Below are positions 56,748 through 64,000 of a stretch of 64,000 nt of DNA, in pieces. The DNA is from an uncultured Eubacteriales bacterium. GTDB taxonomy: Bacteria > Bacillota > Clostridia > Oscillospirales > CAG-382. The position numbers were made by a program, and so were the translations under genes. The first letter of the stretch is position 1, and every line of letters starts with the position of its first letter. Under the pieces are notes generated by a model. It was given only the letters and a program-made list of their open reading frames with translations. It searched no databases and was not told the origin of the DNA. Location of the stretch: assembly GCA_934444645.1 (NCBI GenBank), contig CAKSCV010000011.1, forward strand, positions 2,626-66,625, given 5' to 3'.

Positions 56748-59700
56748 ATGAGAAAATCCACGCGTCTTCTCACCATCGGTTTGGCGTTTATCATGCTGTT
56801 TGCCATGCTCGCATTCAGCGCAAACGCTGCAGAAACCAAATTTACCGATGTCAGTGCCAAGGACGAGACTTTGACCAAAGCCGTTGCTCTGCTCGAAGGG
56901 ATCGGCGTTACCAAGGGTACGTCCGACACCACCTTCGGCACCAATGAAGCTGTCACCAGACAGCAGATGGCTGCCTTTATCTACCGCTTGATGAACCGCG
57001 GCAAGAGCCTTGAAGGCGGCGAAAACTTTACGCCCTTTGAAGATCTTTACGACGACACCTTCTACGGAATGGTATCGTGGGCAAGCAGCATGGGCGTTAT
57101 CAAGGGTATCAGCGCCACCGAATTCGATCCGGACGGTTCGATTATTCTTCAGGACGCTTATACCATGATCGTGCGCGCTCTCGGCTACGAAAAGAAGGGC
57201 GAGCTTGCCTATCCTTTCGATTACATCGAAATCGCCGAAACGAACGGTGTGAATTTGGCCGACGGTCTGCCGTCCTCGATCTCCTATGAAAAGGAGCTCA
57301 CCCGCGGCAACGTTGCCATCCTTCTTTATAATGCTTTCTATGCCGACATGGGCGAAGAAGAGGAGAAGGAACGCGTAAAATGGATCGGCGCTTCCAAGGA
57401 TGACGGTAAATACGTTCTCGAAAAGTACATGGAAAAGCCCAAGCTCTGCGAGAAGATTTACGACGTTATCGAAGAAGAATTCCAGATCGTTGAAACGCCG
57501 CACTATGCGTTCAACACCAGCAAGGATTCCAACACCTATAAGCCGACCGAGGATTCCAACGGTGAAGGTTCGCTTCTTCTCGTTGCTACCGAGGACAACC
57601 AGAAGGTTGGCAGCTTCTATATGACGGCAAGCGAACTCGGTCTTACCGGCGACGCCGACAGCTACATCATGAGCCATGTCAACGTGTTCTATACCTATAA
57701 TGAAGATGACAAAAAGGTAGATTCCGTTCTCGTTGCCACGCCCTTGATGGCAAAGGCCTCCGCCGATTCCGCTTCCTACGGTTCGGTTTCCGCCGAAAGA
57801 ATCCCCAAGGACGCCAGAAAATACTTCTATGCACCGGGCGACCAGTCGTGGGCAAGAATGGACGGCTCCATGACGGTTGCCGGCAAGCAGCTCTACTTCT
57901 ATGATGCTCCGTATTCGTTCCTGAAGCCGTCGTATGTCGGCTGCGACACCGACGCGGACAAGTACGCTGCCCGCAATGCGCACAACACCTTGCTGATCGA
58001 CCTCAAATGCACCGATGTCGACAAGGGCTTATACACCTACTATATCCGTGACGAGCGTTTCGAAACGCGCGACGGTGTTGATGACAATGCCAATGCCACC
58101 GAGTGGTACAACAACCTCGCCTACACCTTCCAGCAGGTTCGCGAAAGCGGTATCTACCGCATGGACATCTACGACCCGGACGGCGACGGCAAGTACGAAT
58201 ATATGTGGTACAAGCCGGCTACCTTCGGTAAGATCGATATGTCCGACGACTACGATTTCATCGATTATGCCGAATACACCAACAACGCACCGGTTGTCGA
58301 AGCTGTGAAGAACGCAAACTCCAACGGCTTTAACAAGATTCCGATGATTTACGCCAACGGCGCGACCATCGACGGTGCCAAGGGTACGACCTTCCGCGAC
58401 GGCGATTTCGTAATCGCTTACCTGAACGGCGAAGCCAACTATATCTATTACTTCGGTTCCGCTTCCGCCAAGAAGGGCGTTATCACCAAGGTCAACAGCC
58501 CGACCGGTACGGTAACCATCGGCAACCAGTCGTTCAGAACCTGCTATCAGTTCCTCTTTGTTCAGAACTTCTTCTCAAATGAAAACGGCAAGAGTGCAAC
58601 CACAAACTCCGGCAGCGCCAACACCGGTGCTGAAATGACCACCAAGCTCACCTCCAAGACTGCGCTCGGTGAAGAAGTCATTCTTTACACCTACAACAAG
58701 AACTACAACAACGTCTTCTATTTTGAAGTCATCAAATCCGGTTCCGGCTCTTACTCGGGCGAAAACCTTCTCGTTCTGCTTGATGTTGAAACCGAAAAGG
58801 CCAATGACGAAAAGACCCACAAGACCATGCAGTACCTCAAGGTTTGGGCAGACGGCAAGGAACAGTATGTTCCGGTAGACATCGACGAATGCTATCCGAG
58901 ACCGACCAAGACCATTGACGGCACCTACAAGTTTGACGTGGAAGTTTCCGAAGCAGACGGCCGCACATACAACGCGTATATCGGCAAGGTCTGCACCTAC
59001 TCGGTTGACAAAAACGGCTACTACACCATCGAGAGCCTGCTTCACAGCAGAGATTCCGACGGCGAGCCGAACCACATCGACCTCACCTTCGATCCGGACG
59101 ACGACAGCTTCTTCAATACCAAGGACGTTTCGCAGGCTGCTACCGACCTCCAAGGCGAACGCATTCGTCTGGAAAAGAGCCTCAGCAAGCGTTACACCAT
59201 CACCGATTTTGACACGGCTCTTTCGATGATCGGTACGTACGGTACAAGCGGCGCTAAGCAGTACATGGATTTCAAGGAAGCCGTTGTAACCGACGAAACC
59301 ACGTTTGTCATCCGCGAGATCTCGATTGATGAAAACGGTGACGAAGAAAACACCTTTACCGTTTACAAGGGAACCGAGTTCCCCGGCACGGTTGAATCCG
59401 AACTCACCAACGTTCAGTATGTTTACGAAAACGACGGTGCTTCCAAGGCCCGCGTAAACCTCGTGCTCTTCTATGCCGAAGTGGACGGCGATATCGAATT
59501 CGAATCGAGCACTTCCACCAAGAAGACGGACATCCGCATTGTTAAGACCTCTTCGCCGGTTAAGGTATCCGAAGATGAATACCGTTACGCTTACGACCTG
59601 TTTAACCCGAACACCGGCAAGGTGGACGCAGGCGTTTACGGCACTCTGAGCAAGGCAAATGCTTCCTCCCTGGCAGCGGCTGAACCGTTTGCTCCTGGTT

Positions 59701-60185
59701 CGGTTATCAAGCTGACCACGACCGGCAAGGTTGACGATAAGAAGGATATCATCGGCACCATCGACGCGGATACCAACAAGAACCTCGTGTTCTTTGACGA
59801 CGTTGATACAAACGATATGGCTGCTGAGCTTCATGTTGTCAACGCGAAAGATGTTGACTTTATCACGGTTGACGGCACGGAATACAGCCTGTTCGAAATT
59901 GATGACAACGTATCTGTTTCGCTCTTGAAGTTCGCCAAGAAGACGGATATCAGCACAGCTGAAATCTCCGCCATTAAGCTCAGCGATCTCGTTGATCCCA
60001 AGAACGACCTCAAGGCTTACAACACCGGCGTTGAAGACAAGAACGGCAAGCTTTCCACTAAGTACGGCGAATTTGTCAAGGCATACATCACCTTCTCCAA
60101 GAAGTCCAGTGCCGAAAGACCGCTTATCGAAAGCATTATCGTCATTGTTAACTCGAACGAACCGGAAGAATTCTTGAAGAAATAA
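56748..60185 (+). CDS. S-layer protein with N-terminal SLH domains
   Basis: Signal peptide MRKSTRLLTIGLAFIMLFAMLAFSANA. SLH repeats (FTDVSAKDETLTKAVALLEGIGVTKG...). Strong RBS AGGAGGAA. A strong terminator follows downstream. Confidence 0.85.
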   Translation: MRKSTRLLTIGLAFIMLFAMLAFSANAAETKFTDVSAKDETLTKAVALLEGIGVTKGTSDTTFGTNEAVTRQQMAAFIYRLMNRGKSLEGGENFTPFEDLYDDTFYGMVSWASSMGVIKGISATEFDPDGSIILQDAYTMIVRALGYEKKGELAYPFDYIEIAETNGVNLADGLPSSISYEKELTRGNVAILLYNAFYADMGEEEEKERVKWIGASKDDGKYVLEKYMEKPKLCEKIYDVIEEEFQIVETPHYAFNTSKDSNTYKPTEDSNGEGSLLLVATEDNQKVGSFYMTASELGLTGDADSYIMSHVNVFYTYNEDDKKVDSVLVATPLMAKASADSASYGSVSAERIPKDARKYFYAPGDQSWARMDGSMTVAGKQLYFYDAPYSFLKPSYVGCDTDADKYAARNAHNTLLIDLKCTDVDKGLYTYYIRDERFETRDGVDDNANATEWYNNLAYTFQQVRESGIYRMDIYDPDGDGKYEYMWYKPATFGKIDMSDDYDFIDYAEYTNNAPVVEAVKNANSNGFNKIPMIYANGATIDGAKGTTFRDGDFVIAYLNGEANYIYYFGSASAKKGVITKVNSPTGTVTIGNQSFRTCYQFLFVQNFFSNENGKSATTNSGSANTGAEMTTKLTSKTALGEEVILYTYNKNYNNVFYFEVIKSGSGSYSGENLLVLLDVETEKANDEKTHKTMQYLKVWADGKEQYVPVDIDECYPRPTKTIDGTYKFDVEVSEADGRTYNAYIGKVCTYSVDKNGYYTIESLLHSRDSDGEPNHIDLTFDPDDDSFFNTKDVSQAATDLQGERIRLEKSLSKRYTITDFDTALSMIGTYGTSGAKQYMDFKEAVVTDETTFVIREISIDENGDEENTFTVYKGTEFPGTVESELTNVQYVYENDGASKARVNLVLFYAEVDGDIEFESSTSTKKTDIRIVKTSSPVKVSEDEYRYAYDLFNPNTGKVDAGVYGTLSKANASSLAAAEPFAPGSVIKLTTTGKVDDKKDIIGTIDADTNKNLVFFDDVDTNDMAAELHVVNAKDVDFITVDGTEYSLFEIDDNVSVSLLKFAKKTDISTAEISAIKLSDLVDPKNDLKAYNTGVEDKNGKLSTKYGEFVKAYITFSKKSSAERPLIESIIVIVNSNEPEEFLKK

Positions 60186-60244
60186 TCCGGAAACCGCCTC
60201 TTTCATCCGCCGCATGACGGAAGGAAAGCGTGGATAACGCAAAT

Positions 60245-60285
60245 AAACCGGAGCGACAGGTTTCTGCCGCTCCGGTTTTTGTTTT
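60245..60285 (+). terminator. Rho-independent terminator of the S-layer gene
   Basis: AAACCGGAGCG / CGCTCCGGTTT stem followed by a T-run. Confidence 0.8.
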
Positions 60286-60315
60286 CCGAAGGAATGAGTT
60301 GCAGGAGAGATTCAT

Positions 60316-61347
60316 ATGACACGAAATAAAGGCATAGACCTTACCAAATCCATCGCGATTCTCTGCGTGCTGTTTATCCATGCCGGCAGCGGATTTTATG
60401 CATATCCCGTCGCATCGACCGGCTGGAATACGCTGCTTGTGTATGGCTCGCTCGTGCGTGCCGGTGTTCCGCTTTTTTTAATGTGCAGCGGTGCGCTGCT
60501 TCTTGACCCGAACAAACCGTTTTCCCTCAAAAAGCTGTATTGCCACAACCTGCCGCGCATTGCGGCGGCCATGGTTTTCTGGGGAATCCTCTATAAGCTC
60601 TGGCATTTGTACGAACAGAATTCGCTTTCCGTACCGGCTGTTTTCAACGGCATCAAAGAGGTGTTCTGCTTCAACCAAGAGTTCCATTTTTATTATCTGC
60701 ACATCATTCTGCTTGTCTATATTTTGCTGCCGGTGACGCGCGTTTTTGCCGAAAAAGCATCCGTGCAGACGCTGCGCTATGCGCTTGGTGTTTGGTTTGC
60801 GTTCGGCATTCTCTATCCGACGGTAAGCGGCTTTTGGCCGTTTACGCTGTTATCCGGCATGACGCCGCAATATCTCATCAATATGACGTATGCGTCGGTG
60901 GGTTATGGTCTATTCGGGTGGTATTTGCGTGCGTATCCCCTGCCGAAAGCGGTCGGTTTTGTGCTGACGCCGGTCGGGGTGGCGGCGATTTTCGGCGGCA
61001 CCTATTGCTTAAGCGTGCGCGACGGCATTTTGAATGAGCTGTTTTTCAGCGGCATGACGGTCGGTGCATTTCTGCTTGCAGCCGGTATCTATACGCTGTG
61101 CATGGCGTATGGCGATCATCTCGGACGGGTGCTTTCCGCTGTGACGATGTACCTCTCAAAGGCCTCGTTCTGTCTGTATCTTGTGCATATGTTCGGCATC
61201 TATCTTCTTGCGCGGCATGGGTTTGCCGTGACAGCCGGGAATCCGCTTGTCACCGTGCCGCTTACGGTTGCGGTGTTAGCTGCCGGCGGGCTTGCCGTCT
61301 ATGCGGTGCTCTCCCATATCCCGGTGGTGCGGAAATGGCTCATTTGA
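60316..61347 (+). CDS. Acyltransferase-3 family membrane protein (O-acyltransferase)
   Basis: NKGIDLTKSIAILCVLFIH N-terminus. About 10 TM segments. Confidence 0.8.
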   Translation: MTRNKGIDLTKSIAILCVLFIHAGSGFYAYPVASTGWNTLLVYGSLVRAGVPLFLMCSGALLLDPNKPFSLKKLYCHNLPRIAAAMVFWGILYKLWHLYEQNSLSVPAVFNGIKEVFCFNQEFHFYYLHIILLVYILLPVTRVFAEKASVQTLRYALGVWFAFGILYPTVSGFWPFTLLSGMTPQYLINMTYASVGYGLFGWYLRAYPLPKAVGFVLTPVGVAAIFGGTYCLSVRDGILNELFFSGMTVGAFLLAAGIYTLCMAYGDHLGRVLSAVTMYLSKASFCLYLVHMFGIYLLARHGFAVTAGNPLVTVPLTVAVLAAGGLAVYAVLSHIPVVRKWLI

Positions 61348-61457
61348 AAACAAATTTTCATTTTACAGCATTAAAAAATTCAAAATGATTTCAAGCCCTG
61401 CAGTATGATTTGTGTTATACTATTCTATAATAGACCGGATCGAAAGGAGTGTCTCCC

Positions 61458-62630
61458 GTGCTGAATTATGCGGAAGTGTTGGTTGCCAACGGGGCTGGAA
61501 TTATTCTGATGTTCCTCATATTGCATTACGGAAACAAGATGTTTCGGGTCGGCCTTTTGGCAGACAAGCTGTATTACGGCATGGTTTGGCTGACAGTGGC
61601 TATATGTATGGTGGAAACCGCCACCTTCCTTATCGACGGCAAACTGTTTGCCGGTTCGCGGATTATGGCTTTTGTGCTCAACGAGCTGTTGTATACCATG
61701 AATATTCTGTTCGGCTTTCTGTGGATACTCTTTGCAGATGCAAAGGTCTATTCGGAAAATAAGCTGTTGAAAAAACGCTTTATCCCGATGAGTCTTCCGT
61801 TACTTGTCATGCTTGTGCTGCTTATTGCCAATATTTTTAACGGCTGGGTTTTCGAGATTTCGGAAGAAAATGTCTATTCGCGCAATTTTCTTTTTGTATT
61901 CGACTATGCGGTGACGTATTGCTATCTGCTTGCCGGAGCCGGAATCTTGTATAAAAACCGCCGCAGCACCAAACGCTATACCTATCTGCCGGTGTTATTA
62001 TTCATTCTTCCCGTGGCGATCGGAAGCCTTTTGCAGTTTTTGTTTTACGGCATTGCAACGCTTTGGCTGTCGGCGGCGATCGGCCTCACCTCGCTGTACA
62101 TCAGCATTCAGACCGAAAATGCGTATTTGGATCGCTTGACCGGCGTGTATAACCGACACTATCTGGAAACCTATGTCGGTGCGCTGTATAAAGAGGCTGC
62201 CCGTGATTTCAAAAAGAAAAAGCTTGCAGCGTTAATGATCGATATCGACTACTTCAAGAGCATTAACGACCGCTACGGTCATGTCGTCGGCGACGACGCC
62301 TTGATCCGCTCGGCACGGATTTTACGCGCAAGCGTCGGAAAAAACGCGCTTGTCGCGCGATACGGCGGCGATGAATTTTTAATCGTCTTACGCGGAAAAA
62401 ACGAAATGGAAACGGTGCTTCTTGTCGGAGAAATCCAAAACAACTGTGCTGCGTCCAACCGCATTTCGGACAAAGACTATACCCTCAGCTTTTCGATCGG
62501 CTATACGGTGGTTGATCCGTCTGTGGTCGATAAAGAAGAATTTTTCATTCGTGCCGATCGAGCCATGTATGCGGCAAAACGGCAGAAGGCCGAAGCCGGT
62601 GAACACAGGCCTCTGCCGTCTGCCGAATGA
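61458..62630 (+). CDS. Membrane-anchored GGDEF-domain diguanylate cyclase
   Basis: RYGGDEF active site and RADRAMYAAK. Six or seven N-terminal TM segments. The start is a GTG at 61458, or at 61449. Confidence 0.85.
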   Translation: MLNYAEVLVANGAGIILMFLILHYGNKMFRVGLLADKLYYGMVWLTVAICMVETATFLIDGKLFAGSRIMAFVLNELLYTMNILFGFLWILFADAKVYSENKLLKKRFIPMSLPLLVMLVLLIANIFNGWVFEISEENVYSRNFLFVFDYAVTYCYLLAGAGILYKNRRSTKRYTYLPVLLFILPVAIGSLLQFLFYGIATLWLSAAIGLTSLYISIQTENAYLDRLTGVYNRHYLETYVGALYKEAARDFKKKKLAALMIDIDYFKSINDRYGHVVGDDALIRSARILRASVGKNALVARYGGDEFLIVLRGKNEMETVLLVGEIQNNCAASNRISDKDYTLSFSIGYTVVDPSVVDKEEFFIRADRAMYAAKRQKAEAGEHRPLPSAE

Positions 62631-62757
62631 AACCGAAAGTCTTTTTTGCACGACCCGAAGAGCCGGCTTCGGCTTTCGGGCGTGTTTGGGGGAATATGAA
62701 AACCACTCGCTGAGCAGCGAGTGGTTCGGATTGCTGACAAAATCAAAATCAGAGGTC

Positions 62758-62790
62758 AAAACCGCCGGCTTAGCCGACGGTTTTGCTTTT
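62758..62790. terminator. Bidirectional terminator between convergent genes
   Basis: AAAACCGCCGGC / GCCGACGGTTTT stem with T-runs on both strands. Confidence 0.65.
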
Positions 62791-62804
62791 GATAACGAAA
62801 AGCC

Positions 62805-64000
62805 TTAATTCACGTTTGAGGGATCAAGCTCCGTAATGGTCGGTGCTGTCCATGTCTTTAGTGCCTCCATGTCAGGCGTATAGATGCGCATATACAGATG
62901 GAAGCCGCTGCCGCCGACCGGGAGCCAGTTGGTCGTATCCTCCGGCGCAGTTTCAGACAGAATCACATCAACCGAACCGTCCTCGTTGACCTTCAGACCG
63001 GAACGGTCGCTGATACAGTAACGGTCGATAGGATTGTCTATCAGGAAATCATCGTCACCGTAGGCGGTGATCGACCAGAAGCCGCCGTCAAGAACCGGCG
63101 GATAGCTTTCAAGGTGGAGCATATAGGCCTTTTCTCCCGTCAGGGGATTCCCGTCGGCATCCTTATCTGTCTTGGGATACAGGGCGACCTCCACGGTATT
63201 TGCTCCGAGTCCGGCGATCGCTACCAGTGCGCGGTAGGCATATTCCGTACCGAAATCCCCGATCGGCGCACCGAAATAGCTCCACTGTCCCAGCTGGTTT
63301 GAAAACGCAGTGCCCTCTGCCACGAGCTTCGGACGCAGGCCCTGAAGCATCTCCTGCCAGCTTGCCTGAACCTCTCCGGTCAGAACAGAGGCGTCAAATT
63401 TCATACCGGGGCCAACGCCGACCGTCTCAAGCCTTTTCAGAATTTCCGCATCAGCGGCGGAGGGCGGATTGTTCTCCATTAACGCATTTGCCTTGTCGAA
63501 GAACGTAACCGGATCCAGAGAAAGAACCTTGTTGATGGGGACATAGTTGTTTTCTTCCTGATAGCTTCCCTTCGGGGGCTGATAGACGCCTCCGCTCAGG
63601 TAGGCGGAAAGCGGCAGGAGCTTCATTTCTTCTTGAATGGCATACACATTCGGAAGATCCGCCTCTCCGGAAAGCACCGTTCTGGTGATAGACCATGCTA
63701 TAGCGGTAGGAACATCGATACGGGTCACCTCCTCCGGCAGCTCGCCGCTCCAGGCAGAGCGTGTGATCGCATAAGCTCCGGCTCGTTCAAGGACGGCAAC
63801 GGTATTTGTCCATGCATCAAGCACCTGTACCTTGCAGAAGCGGTCCGTTTCGGGAAGCACATAGAGGATCGGTTCTTCGCTCAGATCGAACCACACCTGG
63901 GAATAAACGGTGTCCACATTGGGACTTACGACATTTTTGAACTGTGCGTTGGCAAGCGCTTTGCCGTGCATAAACTGATTTACAGGGGCTTTTCCGGTCA
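62805..64000 (-). CDS. DUF1254/DUF1214-like protein (5' end beyond the window edge)
   Basis: PVNQFMHGKALA...VVSPNVDTVYS motif. The frame stays open upstream of the listed ATG at 63971 out to position 64000. Confidence 0.65.
   Translation of the reverse strand, partial: TGKAPVNQFMHGKALANAQFKNVVSPNVDTVYSQVWFDLSEEPILYVLPETDRFCKVQVLDAWTNTVAVLERAGAYAITRSAWSGELPEEVTRIDVPTAIAWSITRTVLSGEADLPNVYAIQEEMKLLPLSAYLSGGVYQPPKGSYQEENNYVPINKVLSLDPVTFFDKANALMENNPPSAADAEILKRLETVGVGPGMKFDASVLTGEVQASWQEMLQGLRPKLVAEGTAFSNQLGQWSYFGAPIGDFGTEYAYRALVAIAGLGANTVEVALYPKTDKDADGNPLTGEKAYMLHLESYPPVLDGGFWSITAYGDDDFLIDNPIDRYCISDRSGLKVNEDGSVDVILSETAPEDTTNWLPVGGSGFHLYMRIYTPDMEALKTWTAPTITELDPSNVN

Noticed and set aside
58575-60242. 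A long antisense ORF (555 aa) lies opposite the S-layer gene. Similar shadow ORFs occur at 56703-57983, 52452-53567, 39709-40650, 24679-25668, 45760-46380, 48159-48965 and 15658-16335.
   Set aside because: Each lies entirely within and opposite a gene with clear domain signatures. Their translations are low-complexity (V/F/G/R-rich) with no motifs or RBS. This is typical of shadow frames in GC-rich coding sequence.

Overview
This 64 kb chromosomal window looks like a Gram-positive anaerobe, probably Clostridia of the Oscillospiraceae/Ruminococcaceae type. That assignment is inferred from gene content: SLH-anchored proteins, InlB B-repeat surface proteins and a DHHW protein. About 40 protein genes are supportable. 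Housekeeping genes: galE, recR, a GyrA/ParC-like subunit, smpB plus the tmRNA gene ssrA, a long-form guaA, and pncA-pncB. A roughly 17 kb surface-glycan locus spans 24.5-42.0 kb and carries an AraC regulator, two amidohydrolases, an MFS transporter, a BNR/sialidase-like protein, a YhcH-family protein and three giant secreted or SLH-anchored proteins. Further right are an S-layer gene, a GGDEF protein and a macrodomain/SirTM-like sirtuin pair. The most unusual signal is non-coding. Five copies of a 1.2-1.6 kb nested-palindromic, foldback-like mosaic element sit at 1291-2914, 9738-11150, 12901-14146, 16501-17664 and 49187-50525, about 10.6% of the window. They have long imperfect inverted arms built from tandem palindromic sub-repeats (core palindrome CGAGGTTTGCAAACCTCG) around an asymmetric T-rich core. 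No reading frame is conserved between copies. In one copy the core is flipped relative to its arms, between 14-bp inverted repeats. I cannot assign these elements to any family I recognise. A second clear feature is a low-GC island of about 5.1 kb directly after ssrA. It is bounded by a 13-bp direct repeat of the tmRNA 3' end and carries a decayed serine recombinase and phage-like cargo. All calls come from reading the sequence and the supplied ORF translations. No database search was run.
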